DNA of 64,000 nt from an uncultured Thermoleophilia bacterium (GTDB lineage: Bacteria; Actinomycetota; Thermoleophilia; UBA2241): positions 26,686 through 90,685 of the forward strand of contig CAVPXA010000025.1 in the NCBI GenBank assembly GCA_963709635.1. Reading direction: 5' to 3'. Positions 1 through 11,159 of the stretch are shown piece by piece (position 1 is the first letter of the stretch; every line of letters begins with the position of its first letter). Made by a program: the position numbers and the translations under genes. The notes below the pieces were generated by a model, which saw nothing but the letters and a program-made list of their open reading frames with translations, made no database searches and had not been told where the DNA came from.

Positions 1-1240
1 GGCGGCGGCCGGGGCGGAGGAGCTCACGCCGGCCGCCCTCGTCCCCTGGGTCGCAAGGCTGCTTGAGGCGGCGGTCACGCCGTCCGTGCGCCGCGTCATC
101 AACGCTACCGGCGTGGTGGTGCACACCAACCTCGGGCGCGCGTTGCTGCCGCGGGCGGCGGTCGAGGCCGTCGTCACCGCCGCCATGAGCTACTCGGACC
201 TGGAGTACGGCCTGGCGCAGGGCGAGCGCGCCTCACGCCAGGACCACATCCACGACGTGCTCTGCACCGTCACCGGCGCCGAGGACGCACTGGCGGTCAA
301 CAACAACGCGGCCGCGATCCTGCTGGCGCTCGCCGCCACCGCCCGGGGAGGGGAGGTGCTCGTCGCCCGCGGCCAGCTGGTCGAGATCGGCGACGGGTTC
401 CGCATCCCCGACATCCTGCGCGAGAGCGGCGCCGAGCTCGTCGAGGTCGGCACCACCAACCGCACCTACCTCAGGGACTTCGAGGCGGCGTGGACCGACC
501 GCACGCGGGCGATCCTGCGCGTGCACACGAGCAACTACCGCATCGTCGGGTTCACCACCGAGCCGGCGCTCGAGGAGCTGGCGACGCTCGCGCACGAGCG
601 CGACGCGGTGCTCATCGACGACCTCGGCAGCGGGGCGCTCGCCGACCTGGATCTGTTCAAGGAGGAGCCGGCGCTCGTGGACAGCATCGCCGCCGGCTGC
701 GACATCGTCACCTTCAGCGGCGACAAGCTGCTCGGGGGCCCGCAGGCCGGCATCGCCGTGGGCAGGGCCGGCGCCGTCGAGGCGATGCGCCGCCACCCGC
801 TGGCGCGGGCCCTGCGCATCGACAAGCTCGACCTCGCGGCGCTCGACGTGGTGCTGCGGCTGTACCTCGATCCGCCGAGGGCGATCGCCGAGATCCCCAC
901 ACTGGCGGCGCTCGCGCAGACGCAGGACGAGGTGCGGGGCCGCGCGGGCCGTCTGCGCGACCTGTGGGTGGGCGCCGGCGTGCCCGAGGACCGGCTCGAG
1001 CTGGTCGAGACGGTCGCACGAGCCGGCGCCGGGGCGCTGCCGGTGACGGAGGTCCCGAGTGTGGCCGTCGCGGCCGCGGTGCCCGCGGCCGAGGCCGACG
1101 CGCGCGCCGGGCAGCTGCGCCGCGGCGCGCCGGCCGTCGTCTGCCGCGTCCAGGACGGCCGCCTGCTCTTCGACCTGCGCGCCGTCGGCGAGGACGAGCT
1201 CGAGGAGCTCGCCGGCGCCGCCCTCATCGCGCTCCTCTGA
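1..1240 (+). CDS. selA: L-seryl-tRNA(Sec) selenium transferase SelA (5' end outside window)
   Basis: ORF 86..1240 has SelA motifs (VINATGVVVHTNLGRA, pyridoxal-phosphate fold). The frame is open back to the window start. Stop TGA at 1238-1240 lies 4 nt before the selB ATG. Confidence 0.85.
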   Translation, partial: AAAGAEELTPAALVPWVARLLEAAVTPSVRRVINATGVVVHTNLGRALLPRAAVEAVVTAAMSYSDLEYGLAQGERASRQDHIHDVLCTVTGAEDALAVNNNAAAILLALAATARGGEVLVARGQLVEIGDGFRIPDILRESGAELVEVGTTNRTYLRDFEAAWTDRTRAILRVHTSNYRIVGFTTEPALEELATLAHERDAVLIDDLGSGALADLDLFKEEPALVDSIAAGCDIVTFSGDKLLGGPQAGIAVGRAGAVEAMRRHPLARALRIDKLDLAALDVVLRLYLDPPRAIAEIPTLAALAQTQDEVRGRAGRLRDLWVGAGVPEDRLELVETVARAGAGALPVTEVPSVAVAAAVPAAEADARAGQLRRGAPAVVCRVQDGRLLFDLRAVGEDELEELAGAALIALL

Positions 1241-1244
1241 CGGC

Positions 1245-3271
1245 ATGGCCGGGTCTGCGCAGGACGCGACGCCGCAGCCGGGAGGTCTCCCTCCGCTCAC
1301 TCTCGGCACCGCCGGTCACATCGACCACGGCAAGACGGCGCTCATCACGCGGCTCACCGGCAAGAACACCGACCGGCTGCGCGAGGAGCGCGAGCGCGGC
1401 ATCTCCATCGAGCTCGGCTACGCCGAGCTGGAGCTCCCGTCCGGGGCCCGGCTGAGCGTCGTCGACGTGCCGGGCCACGAGCGCTTCGTGCGCACCATGG
1501 TCGCCGGAGCGACCGGGGTGGACCTCTTCCTGCTGGTCATCGCCGCCGACGACGGCGTGATGCCGCAGACCCGCGAGCACCTGGCGATCATCGAGCTGCT
1601 GGGCGTGCGCGACGGCGTGGTGGCGCTGACCAAGGCCGACCTGGTGGACGAGGAACTGCTCGAGCTGGCCGAGGAGGACGTGCGCGAGTTCCTCGAGGGC
1701 ACGCCGTTCGCCGGCTGCGAGCTGGTGACCGTGAGCGCCAGGGACGGGCGCGGCCTGGACGACCTGCTGGCCGCGCTCCAGCGCGCCGCGGACCGGGCGG
1801 AGGCGGGCCGCCACGGCGGCCCGGCCCGCCTGCCCGTGGACCGGGTGTTCCCGCTCAAGGGCATCGGCACGGTGGTCACCGGCACGCTGTGGTCGGGCGA
1901 GATCAAGGCCGGCGACGGCCTGGTCGTGGTGCCCGGCGGCGCGCGCGCCGCGGTGCGCAGCGTGCAGGTGCACGACCACGAGGCCGAGGTGGTGCACGCG
2001 GGGAGCCGCGTGGGCGTGAACCTCCGCGGGCTGGACCGCGACGACGTCGCCCGCGGCAGCTGGGTGGCGGCGCCCGAGGTCGCCGGCCTGGCCGGGCGCC
2101 GCTTCGACGCCTGGGTGACGGTGCTGCCCGGCGCCCGGCCGTTGCGCTCGGGGGACCAGGTGCGTCTCCACCACGGCACGGCGCAGTACCTCGCGCGCGT
2201 GGCGCCGCTGGCGGGGCGGGAGATCGCGCCGGGCGCGTCGGCAGCCGCCGTCGTGCGGCTCGACGCGGACGCGCTGGCGCTGCCGCACGACCGGTTCATC
2301 GTCCGCTCGCTCTCGCCGGTGGCGACTCTCGCCGGCGGCGAGGTGCTGCTCGCCGGCGCGCAGCGCTGGCACGCGCGCGAGCGGCACGGGGCGTTCCTCG
2401 CCGCCGTGCGCTCGGGCGACGCGCGCGCGGCGATCCGCGCCCTCGCGGAGGACCGCGGGCAGCACGGCCTGACCCGTGAGGACCTGACGGCCGCCGGGTT
2501 CGCGCCCGGGCGGGCCGCCAAGGCGCTCGCGGCCGCCGTGGCCGACGGAGAGCTCGAGGAGCTGACCGGGCCGGCCGGGGCCTCAGCGAGCGGCGTCGCC
2601 GGACCGGCCGGCGGGGGCGCCGTCCGATGGTTCGGCGCCGGCGTGCCGGCGGCGCTGCGCGCCACCCTGCTGGTCGGCGCCACCGAGCGCTCCGCGGCGC
2701 GTCCCGAGCGCCCGTTCAGCAGCGTCTCGGAGCTCGCCGCGCTCGTCCCGGCGCTGCCGGCCGCGGACGCCGGCCTCCTGCTGCTGAGCATGGCCGAGGC
2801 CGGCGAGCTGGTCGCCGGCGAGGGCGGCTACGCGCCCGCCGGCGCCGGTGTGCTCGGCGACGAGCAGGCGGCGCTCGCCGAGCAGATCCTGGTGCGTCTG
2901 GCGGCCGACCCGATGGCGCCGCCGACCCTGGCGGTGCTGGCCGAGGAGCTGCGGCGACCGCCGCGGGAGCTCGGCCAGATCCTCGACGTGCTCGCGCGCC
3001 GCGGCGACGTGGTGCGCGTGGACAAGGACCTGTGGTTCGCGCGCGGCGCCGTCGACGGCGCGCGGGAGGTGCTGCTCGGCCGGCTCGAGGGCGCCGGAGA
3101 GGTCACGCTCGCCGGCTTCCGCGACGCCGCCGGTTGCGGCCGCCGCAACGCGCAGGCCCTCCTCGAGTACTTCGACCGGGAGGGCCTCACCCTGCGCCGC
3201 GGCGACGTGCGCGTCGCCCGCGCCGCCGCTCCTGACCGGCGCGCAGGCTCGCCCGCCGCCGCCGCTCCTGA
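1245..3271 (+). CDS. selB: selenocysteine-specific elongation factor SelB (3' end uncertain: raw ORF reads through to 3632)
   Basis: ATG at 1245 is in frame with ORF 1059..3632. N-terminal GTPase motifs ([24 protein letters not shown]-like TKADL) and a C-terminal winged-helix tail ([21 protein letters not shown]) are present. The expected end is near 3235-3271, where two out-of-frame TGAs sit inside a 15-bp direct repeat. The literal ORF instead continues 360 nt into the convergent GGDEF gene. Confidence 0.8.
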
Positions 3272-3274
3272 CGC

Positions 3275-4264
3275 TCATCCCTCGCCGAACACCGCCACCT
3301 GGTCGCGGCCGCGGCGCTTGGCCAGGTACATGGCCCAGTCGGCCTTGTTCAGGAGGTCCTCGCGCCGGTCGGCGTCCTCCGGGTACCCGGAGATGCCGAT
3401 GCTCACCGTGAGCGGTACGCCGTTGGCGGTGAACCCGGCTTCTTTGAGGCGCATGCGGATGCGCTCGGCGACGGCGAAGGCCTCCTCCCGGTCGGTCTCC
3501 ACCAGGATCACGACGAACTCCTCGCCGCCGTACCGCCCCGCGACGTCGATGTTGCGCACCGACTGCTCGATCACATGCGCGGCCTCCCGCAGCACGGCGT
3601 CGCCGGCGCTGTGGCCGTTGGCGTCGTTGTAGCCCTTGAAGTGGTCGAGGTCGCAGAACAGCACGCTGAGCGGCCGCTGGAGGTCGCGCGCCCGGTGCAG
3701 CTCTTCGCTGAGGCGCTCGTGGAGGAAGCGGTGGTTGTAGAGCCCGGTGAGCGCGTCGGTGATCGCGTCGATCTCCGCGCGGCTCAGGCGCACCGCCGCA
3801 GTCTGCAGCATATCGGCGAAGGTCTGACGGCCGTCGCCGCGCAGCGCCGCGTTCTCGGCCTCAGAGAGCGCGGGGAGGTCCGCGGACGTGGTGGCGACGA
3901 TGTTGCCCTCCGCGTTACGGATCGGGGCCAGCCCGGTGACCCACACACCCCACTCGTCGGCGAACAGGGTGTTGACCTCCGCCTGCGTGCCGGCCAGAAG
4001 GTGCTGCATCTCGTCGTCGGCGAAGATCTCGTCGCCGAGGTGCGACTTCTGCGTCGCCTCCTCCTCGGGGTCGACCCCGATGATGTAGCGCTTGTCGACT
4101 CGGGCGTGCGTCGTGAGGAAGCGCGTGGGCGGGTTGGCGTCGCGCACTTCCCTCAGGATGGACTCGATCTCGCGGTAGGCGTTGCAGTCCTCGTCGTCGA
4201 GCGCGACGAGGGCCGCGTGGCTCTCGCCGCGGATGCGGGAGGCGGCCTCCGCGGCGATCTCCAT
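3275..4264 (-). CDS. GAF-like/GGDEF diguanylate cyclase segment (possibly the C-terminal part of the upstream HD-GYP protein)
   Basis: 329-aa ORF with GGDEF active-site motifs (RYGGEEF, DxLTGLYNHRF). Its ATG lies inside the HD-GYP reading frame at a 1-nt offset. Confidence 0.7.
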   Translation of the reverse strand: MEIAAEAASRIRGESHAALVALDDEDCNAYREIESILREVRDANPPTRFLTTHARVDKRYIIGVDPEEEATQKSHLGDEIFADDEMQHLLAGTQAEVNTLFADEWGVWVTGLAPIRNAEGNIVATTSADLPALSEAENAALRGDGRQTFADMLQTAAVRLSRAEIDAITDALTGLYNHRFLHERLSEELHRARDLQRPLSVLFCDLDHFKGYNDANGHSAGDAVLREAAHVIEQSVRNIDVAGRYGGEEFVVILVETDREEAFAVAERIRMRLKEAGFTANGVPLTVSIGISGYPEDADRREDLLNKADWAMYLAKRRGRDQVAVFGEG

Positions 4265-7200
4265 CCGCGCGGGCGCGCCGCTGCGCGATGTCCTCGAGCA
4301 CGCCCAGGAACGCGTCGACCATCGCCGGGTCGAACTGGGTGCCGCGGCACTCCTGCAGCTCCGTCAGGCACTCGCTGTAGGTGAGGCCCGCCTTGTACGG
4401 CCGCCGGCACGACATGGCGTCGTAGGCGTCGACCACGGCCATGGCCCGGGCGAGCGAGGGTATCTCGCTCGCCGGCGAGTCCGTCGGGGTACCCGGCGCC
4501 GTCGTACCGCTCGTGGTGGTGCCGCACGCCGAGTACGAGCTCCTGGGAGAACAGGGGGCGGATGATGTCCGCGCTCACCACGGGGTGCTGGCGCATCTGC
4601 TCCCACTCCTGCTGGTTGAGGCGGCTGGGCTTGAGCAGCACCCTGTCCGAGATGCTGATCTTGCCGATGTCGTGGAGGTACGCGGCCTCCTCGATCGACG
4701 AGAGCACGTCCTCGGGCCAGCCGAGCCTGCGGGTCAGCATCACCGTGTAGGCGGCCACGCGTGCGGCGTGCCCCAGCGTGTAGTAGTCCTTGGCGTTCAG
4801 CGCCGAGCTCAGAGCCTTGAGGTTGCCGAGGTGCATCCGCTTGATCTCGTCGTAGAGCTGCGCGTTCTTGATCGCCAGGGAGAGCTGCGTGCCGACGCGC
4901 TCCAGCAGGTGCACGTCCACGGCGGCGAACGCATCCGGTTCCGCGCTGCTGAGGTCGAGCACCCCGAGCAGACCCGTCTCGGACGGAAGCGCGATGATCA
5001 CGCCGGAGGCGAGGCCGTCGATCGCCGGCGAGCCGGCGAGCGGTGGCAGGTCGTCGGGCAGCCGCACGACCAGGACGGCCTGCGCGGCGATACGCTCGAC
5101 GAACCCAGGCTCGAACTCGTCGAGCGAGATCCCGACGAGCGCCTGGGCTTCCGGGCGCGACCCGATGACCTTGCCGACCGTCGTGCCCTCGAGCAGCAGG
5201 AGGCCGAACTCGTCGAACTCCATCAGCTGGCCGAGCTCGTCGACGGCCGCCTCGACGACCTCTTCGAGGTCGAGGCTGGCGGCCGTCCGTGCCGCGATGT
5301 CGTTGAGCAGCCGGGTCTCGCGGGCCGCCTGCTGCTCACGCTCGAACAGAGCCGCGTTGTCGATCGCGAGCGCCGCGGCGTGGCAGATGGCGGCAGCGGT
5401 GTCGATCTCGGTCTGGCTGAACGTACGCTCGGCATCGCTCTCGACGAGCTCCACCGTGCCGATCACCCTGTCCTTGACGATCAGCGGCAGCGTGGCCCAG
5501 CTCTTGTGCTCGTAGTCCTTGTTGATGTGATGCACGGCCGGCGTGAGCCGCGGGTCGCGCAGCGACCCGACCGTCGCCGGCCGCTTCGTCTCGATGACCT
5601 CGCGGGTCACCGCCGCGTCGTCGAGCGCCAGCCGCTGCCCGATCCACTGCTCGTCCACGCAGCCGCCCGTCACGCGCATGAGCGTGTGCAGCTCGGCGCC
5701 CTCGATCACCGTGATCTCGCACTCGTTGACGCCCACGCTCTGGCACAAGCGGTTCGCGGCGGCGATCAGTGTGGTCTGCAGGTCGAGGTTGCTCGTGAGC
5801 TCGAGCGCCGACTCGCTCACGAGCGCCACGCGGCGGAGGTTCTCGTCCAGTTGCCGGTAGAGCGCCGCGTTGGCGATCGCCTGGCCGGCCACCTGCGCGA
5901 GCCCCACCACGAGCTCCTCGTTGGCGAACGGCCAGGTCTCCCGGTTGGTGAGGGAGATGAAGCCGATGACGTCGCCGTGGCTGATCATCGGCACATCAAG
6001 AGAGGCTGCGTAGCCCCAGGCCAGGGCATCCTTCACCTCCATAACGGTCATGCGCTCGTCGTGCAGGATGTCCGGGGTGGAAACCGGGCGGCGGGACTCG
6101 AGAGCCTCCACGAAGGTGCCGTAGTCCGCGATGGGATAGCGCGTGCCGATCGGGTCGGTCTCCCAGGCGCCGACCGAGAGGAGGATCTCCACCTCCGTGC
6201 CGTCCATGCTGTACACGTCGCAGAAGTCGGCGCCGGAGACCTCGATGATGCGCTCGGCGGCCGTCCGCAGCACGGCGTCCACGTCGAGCGAGGCGCCGAA
6301 CTCGAGGCCCGAGTCCGCGAGCAACCGCAGGTCCTGGTTGCTGCGCTCGAGCCGCTCCACGAGCATCGCCTTCTCGAACGAGCCCGAGAGCAGCCGGCCG
6401 ACGTTGCGGATGAGGTCCAGCTGCAGGGTGAAGTCGCGCACCTTGGTGTCGAACACGTCGATGAGGCCGATGGCGCGTCCCTCGACCACCAGCGGCAGCG
6501 AGACCATGCTCCGGTAGCCCCACCGGTCATAGGCCATCATCTCGGCCTCGCAGAGCTGCATCGTCGCGAGGTCGCCGATGACTAGCGGCTCGTTGTCGGC
6601 CAAGGCGTTGACGGTGGCCTCGTAGACGGCGAGCTCCCGCTCCGAGCCGACCTCGTCGTCGTCCCACCCGCGGTCGTCGATGCTGGCCAGGCAGCGAAGG
6701 ACGTCGCCGTCCACCTGCCAGATGTCGCAGTCGTCGGCGCTGAGCAGCTTCCGTAGCCGGTCTGCGACCTCTCTGGCCAGCTCCTCCAGCGTGCCGGCCT
6801 CGTTGAGCCGGTCGCCGAGCTCAACGAGCTCGCCCAGCGCGGCGTTGCCGCGCCTCAGGTCGGCGAGCAGCTCGGCGTTGCGCAGCGCATCGGCGATCGT
6901 CCGGGCCGCCTCGGGCAGGAACCAGCGAAGCTCGCCGAAGTCCCGTTCGTGGACGTCGTAGAGGTCGATCAGGCCGACGACACGGTCGTTGCTCACCAGG
7001 GGGACCGAGGCGCAGCTGCGGAAGTCCCACTCGGCGAAGTTCTCACGCTCCTCGTCGGTCAGGCGTTTGTCGGAGAGCGAGCCGATGAGCAGCATCTGCC
7101 GCTCCGCGATCGCCTCGCGCGTGGAGGGGTACCTGTCGACCTTGAGGATCCGGCCGTGGGCCTCCTCGTCGAACCCGCCGGCGTCCATGCTGGCGAGACA

Positions 7201-8607
7201 GCGGATGTAGCCCTCCTGGAGCCACCAGACGTCGCAGTCCGCGCAGCTCGTGGCTTCGCGCAGGCGCGCCGCGGCCAGTTCGGCGATCTCCTGCGTGGTC
7301 TCGGTCATGGCGAGGGCGGCGCCGAGCTCCACGACCTCCTCGCGCAGCCGCGCGATCTCGCGCGCCTCTCCGAGGAGCGCCGCGCTGTCGAACACGCCGG
7401 CGACGAGCTGGCACATGCTCGTGAGGAACTCCAGCTCGGCCTCCCAGTCGCGCACCGCGTCGGCGTAGATGTCCACCAGCCCGACGAGCTCGCCGCCGGC
7501 GACCAGCGGCATGGTCACCGAGCTGGCGTACCCGCCCTTCCGATACAGCTCGATCTCCTCGGGACCCAGGCGCGCGTCGCCGACATCGCTGATGGCCAGC
7601 GGCGTGTGGTCCAGCAGCGTGCGCTCAAGCGACGGGTAGCGTGAGGTGTCGAGGACCGTGTCGCGCAGGCTCGGGTCGGTGCCCTCGTGCGTGCAGCTCA
7701 CGACGGCGCGGATCACACCGCCGGTGGCGCGCCAGACGTCCACGCACCTGGCGTCGGCGGCGGTGAGCAGCCGCTGCGCGAAGCGCTGGACGAAGCGATC
7801 GAAGTCGTGGCTCTGTGCCACCTCGCGGGAGAGGCCGACGAGCTGGTGAACGTTCTTGTCGCGCTCCGCGAGCTCGTCGAACGTCCGCTGGACGGCGACC
7901 GCCTCGGCGCAGACGCGGGCGATGCCGTCCAGCACGTCGGCATGGCGCCGGAAGTCGCGGTCGCCGGCGTCACTCAGCTCGATCGCGCCGGCGAGCTCGC
8001 CGCGGAGCACGACCGGCGCCCACGCGAGCGCGGCGCACCCACGCCGGCGCAGCGCGCTGCGCGCGCGCCGACCCAGACCTTTGTCGCTGGCGCGCAGGCA
8101 CGTCACCGCCGCCACCGCGGGGTCGCCCTCCACGGGGACCCAGTCGGCCGTCTTGCGCGCGGCGCGCTCGCTGCCCTCGTCGAGCCGGCCGCTCTCCAGG
8201 GACACGGCCAGCCGCAGGGTCTGCGCGTCGCCGACGAAGACGTCGCAGCGCGGCGCGCCGGTGATGGCGCAGAGCATGCGCGCCGCGGCGGCCGGCACGA
8301 GGTGGGGGTCGTCGGCGAGCAGCGACATGAGGTCGAGGCCGGCCTGGAGCACGGCGCGCAGGTCCTGTGACTGCCGGCGGAGCTCGGCGAAGTCACCCGG
8401 CTGCGCTCCGCCGTCCCCATCGTCCGCCGGCAGGAGCGCGTGGACATCGGCTGCCAGGTAGCGGCGGTGCCCGCCCGGGCTGCGATAGGCCGCGATGCGC
8501 CCCGCGTCGGTCCACCGCCGCACGGTGTTGGCGCTCACGCCGAGCACCGCGGCGACGTCTCCGACGCGCAGCCAGATCGATCCGGTCTCTTCGTTGACCG
8601 AGGACAA
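4153..8607 (-). CDS. multidomain signalling protein: N-terminal MerR/excisionase-type HTH, roughly 7 GAF domains, C-terminal HD-GYP phosphodiesterase (3' end frameshifted, continues in ORF 3915..4442)
   Basis: TTG start at 8607 follows GGGGGAGGG. The HTH segment reads WLRVGDVAAVLGVSANTVRRWTDAGRIAAY. Repeated GAF-like segments follow. HD-GYP motifs are HDIGK, HHERYDGAGYP and, after a +1 shift at a GGG run near 4400, AVVDAYDAMSCRRPYK. Confidence 0.75.
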   Translation of the reverse strand: MSSVNEETGSIWLRVGDVAAVLGVSANTVRRWTDAGRIAAYRSPGGHRRYLAADVHALLPADDGDGGAQPGDFAELRRQSQDLRAVLQAGLDLMSLLADDPHLVPAAAARMLCAITGAPRCDVFVGDAQTLRLAVSLESGRLDEGSERAARKTADWVPVEGDPAVAAVTCLRASDKGLGRRARSALRRRGCAALAWAPVVLRGELAGAIELSDAGDRDFRRHADVLDGIARVCAEAVAVQRTFDELAERDKNVHQLVGLSREVAQSHDFDRFVQRFAQRLLTAADARCVDVWRATGGVIRAVVSCTHEGTDPSLRDTVLDTSRYPSLERTLLDHTPLAISDVGDARLGPEEIELYRKGGYASSVTMPLVAGGELVGLVDIYADAVRDWEAELEFLTSMCQLVAGVFDSAALLGEAREIARLREEVVELGAALAMTETTQEIAELAAARLREATSCADCDVWWLQEGYIRCLASMDAGGFDEEAHGRILKVDRYPSTREAIAERQMLLIGSLSDKRLTDEERENFAEWDFRSCASVPLVSNDRVVGLIDLYDVHERDFGELRWFLPEAARTIADALRNAELLADLRRGNAALGELVELGDRLNEAGTLEELAREVADRLRKLLSADDCDIWQVDGDVLRCLASIDDRGWDDDEVGSERELAVYEATVNALADNEPLVIGDLATMQLCEAEMMAYDRWGYRSMVSLPLVVEGRAIGLIDVFDTKVRDFTLQLDLIRNVGRLLSGSFEKAMLVERLERSNQDLRLLADSGLEFGASLDVDAVLRTAAERIIEVSGADFCDVYSMDGTEVEILLSVGAWETDPIGTRYPIADYGTFVEALESRRPVSTPDILHDERMTVMEVKDALAWGYAASLDVPMISHGDVIGFISLTNRETWPFANEELVVGLAQVAGQAIANAALYRQLDENLRRVALVSESALELTSNLDLQTTLIAAANRLCQSVGVNECEITVIEGAELHTLMRVTGGCVDEQWIGQRLALDDAAVTREVIETKRPATVGSLRDPRLTPAVHHINKDYEHKSWATLPLIVKDRVIGTVELVESDAERTFSQTEIDTAAAICHAAALAIDNAALFEREQQAARETRLLNDIAARTAASLDLEEVVEAAVDELGQLMEFDEFGLLLLEGTTVGKVIGSRPEAQALVGISLDEFEPGFVERIAAQAVLVVRLPDDLPPLAGSPAIDGLASGVIIALPSETGLLGVLDLSSAEPDAFAAVDVHLLERVGTQLSLAIKNAQLYDEIKRMHLGNLKALSSALNAKDYYTLGHAARVAAYTVMLTRRLGWPEDVLSSIEEAAYLHDIGKISISDRVLLKPSRLNQQEWEQMRQHPVVSADIIRPLFSQELVLGVRHHHERYDGAGYPDGLAGERDTLARPGHGRGRRLRRHVVPAAVQGGPHLQRVPDGAAGVPRHPVRPGDGRRVPGRARGHRAAARPRGWRSPRRPPPASAARATRPSSRSTTRTATPTARSSPS

Positions 8608-8837
8608 CCCTCCCCCTCTCAGCGCCCGCTGGTCCTCAACCTATCGGCCTTTTCCCAAAGAAGCTTGACCAAAACTCCCATGCCGTTCGGAGAACCAGGG
8701 AGCTTCGGGAGGATGAGGCTGGTGTGCGTCCGCTCCCTCCAAACGCCGCTCTTGGCCTGCTCTCGCGGGCGGCATAGCATTCGGCTCGACCATCACCGCC
8801 GGCGCCGCCCGCGGTACGAGCACGAGGAGCAGACGAC

Positions 8838-9635
8838 ATGGAGCGCAAGGGCAGGGTGGAGGGCCGGGTCGCCCTCATCACGGGCGTCGCCAAGCAGGAC
8901 AGCATCGGGTTCGCCACGGCGAGGGTCTTCCACGAGGAGGGCGCGCTCCTCGCCATCTGCGACATCGCGGAGGCGACGCACGAGTGTGCGGCCGCTCTGC
9001 GCGAGATGGGCGCCACGGTGAGTTCGCACACCGCCGACCTCACGAAGATGGACGAGGTCAAGGCTATGGTGGCCGAGGTCGTGGAGTGCTACGGCCGCAT
9101 CGACGTGCTGGTCAACAACGCGGGCATGGTCGTCTTCGGCCAGGAGGAGGCCTTCACCGCCTTCCAGGACCTCAGCGAGGAGGCGTGGGACTTCGGCATC
9201 GCGATCAACCTCAAGAGCCAGTTCAACGTCACGCGTACGGTGGTCCCCGGGATGATCGAGCGTGGCTACGGTCGCATCGTCAACATGAGCTCGGTCACCG
9301 GGCCTGTGGTCGCCAACCCGGACGAGGCCGCCTACTGCGCCGCCAAGGCCGGCGTGCTGGGCCTGACGCGCGGCCTCGCTCTGGACGTGGCCAAGCACGG
9401 CGTGACCGTCAACGCCGTGGGGCCGGGCTGGATCGCAACGGGCTCACAGGCCGAGGGCGAGGACGTCGGCGGGCTCAACACCCCGATGGGTCGCTCGGCG
9501 TTCCCCGAGGAGGTCGCCAAGCTGGTGTGCTTCCTCGGCAGCGACGACGCGAGCTACATCACCGGCCAGCTCGTGGTGGTGGACGGCGGCAACACCATCC
9601 AGGAGTACAAGGGACCGAGCGACCTCTACTACTGA
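8838..9635 (+). CDS. SDR-family short-chain dehydrogenase/reductase
   Basis: Intact 265-aa ORF with TGVAKQDSIG glycine-rich motif, NNAG and a YxxxK catalytic pair. Confidence 0.85.
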   Translation: MERKGRVEGRVALITGVAKQDSIGFATARVFHEEGALLAICDIAEATHECAAALREMGATVSSHTADLTKMDEVKAMVAEVVECYGRIDVLVNNAGMVVFGQEEAFTAFQDLSEEAWDFGIAINLKSQFNVTRTVVPGMIERGYGRIVNMSSVTGPVVANPDEAAYCAAKAGVLGLTRGLALDVAKHGVTVNAVGPGWIATGSQAEGEDVGGLNTPMGRSAFPEEVAKLVCFLGSDDASYITGQLVVVDGGNTIQEYKGPSDLYY

Positions 9636-9757
9636 GGTGACGCGGCTGTTCTGCGTCTGCGCGCCGCGCGGCAGGCGTGCACGTCGGGGGCGTATGCTGT
9701 CCCTGGAGAAGTGCAGTCGATGCCGGCCGCGCGCGGCCGGAGACTGAAGGAGGCATC

Positions 9758-11047
9758 ATGATGGGCCGGCGATTCGCCATCGCTCTCGTCCTCGCCTGCC
9801 TTGCGGGCGTTCTGGCCGCCGCGCAGGCGGCATCCGCGCCACGCATGGCCCGGACGGCTCCCCCGCCCACGACGGTCACCACGATCGCCGAGCCGCGGCA
9901 GGCGCCGCCCGCCGCTCTGCCGGCGGCGCCGGAGGCGGCCTGGACCGTGCTCGTCTACATGGACGGCGACAACGATCTGGAGCGCTGGGTGTCGCGCGAC
10001 ATCGACAAGGAGCTGGCCGCCGTCGGCTCCAGCGCCGACGTGCAGGTGGTCGTCCTCGCCGATCGCGGCCCGCGCTTCAGCACCGCCGACGGCGACTGGA
10101 CCGGCACGCTCGCCTTCAACGTCTGGAAGGGCATGAAGGCGACGCCGGAGAACGCCGTCGCCGACTGGGGCGAGCGGGACATGGGCTCGCCCCAGACCCT
10201 GGTCGACTTCGTGACCTGGGCGCGGGCGAGCTACCCCTCCCGGCGCACCGCGCTGTTCTTCTGGGACCACGGCTGGGGGTGGTGGCCCGGCTACACGATG
10301 CACGACGTCACGAGCAACGACTCTCTGGACATGGACGAGATCCGGCGCGCCATGGAGACCGTGGGCGGCGTGGACATGGTGGGCATGGACACCTGTCTGG
10401 GGCAGACGATCGAGGTGCAGGCCACCTTCCGCGGCTTCGCCGACGCCCTGGCGGCGAGCGAGGACTCCATCGGCTACACCGGCGTCGACTACGCCCGCGT
10501 CCTGACCAGGATGGAGGCCGATCCGGCGATGGGCGCCGCCGCCCTGGCGAAGACGGCGGCGGCCTCCTACCGCAGCGGCCACGACCGCTGGACGCTGGCG
10601 AGCTCGGCGGTCGCTCTCGACTGGCGCTGGGACCGGCTCGTGCGCCAGGTGGACCTGCTCGCCTGGAAGCTCCGCGCCGGCATGAAGAAGCACCGGCGCG
10701 AGTACGCCGCGGCCCACCGGAGGATGGCCGCGGCGCTCTACGGCGACCCGACCAGCGTGGACCTCTACGACGCGGCCGCCCAGCTGCGGCGCACTGTCGA
10801 TTCGCCGACGCTGCAGCGCACCTGCCGCGACGTGATGCGCGCCGTCGACAGAGTCGTCCTCTATGAGTGGAGCACACGGGCGGAGGGCCGGCTCCACGGA
10901 ATCGGCATCTACTGGCCCGGCGCTCCGGCGCCGCCGCACCCGGGGTCGGACTCCATCTCGTGGTGGGACTTCCCCTACTACTGCACGCAGCTCCAGTTCA
11001 CCCGCCTGACGACGTGGGAGGACTTCCTGATCTACTGGGGCCGCTGA
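9758..11047 (+). CDS. secreted clostripain-like (C11 family) cysteine peptidase
   Basis: RBS GAAGGAGG precedes an ATG-ATG pair at 9758/9761. There is a signal peptide, and the VLVYMDGDNDLE block is typical of clostripain-family peptidases. Confidence 0.7.
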   Translation: MMGRRFAIALVLACLAGVLAAAQAASAPRMARTAPPPTTVTTIAEPRQAPPAALPAAPEAAWTVLVYMDGDNDLERWVSRDIDKELAAVGSSADVQVVVLADRGPRFSTADGDWTGTLAFNVWKGMKATPENAVADWGERDMGSPQTLVDFVTWARASYPSRRTALFFWDHGWGWWPGYTMHDVTSNDSLDMDEIRRAMETVGGVDMVGMDTCLGQTIEVQATFRGFADALAASEDSIGYTGVDYARVLTRMEADPAMGAAALAKTAAASYRSGHDRWTLASSAVALDWRWDRLVRQVDLLAWKLRAGMKKHRREYAAAHRRMAAALYGDPTSVDLYDAAAQLRRTVDSPTLQRTCRDVMRAVDRVVLYEWSTRAEGRLHGIGIYWPGAPAPPHPGSDSISWWDFPYYCTQLQFTRLTTWEDFLIYWGR

Positions 11048-11159
11048 ACGCTCGCCCCGGCATGGTCAGGCCCGCCCGTCGGCGGTATGCTTGCCGTACA
11101 GTGAACGGCCGTTCAGCATTCGTGCGCGGCCGTCCGGCATCCGCCACAGGGGGAGGCGC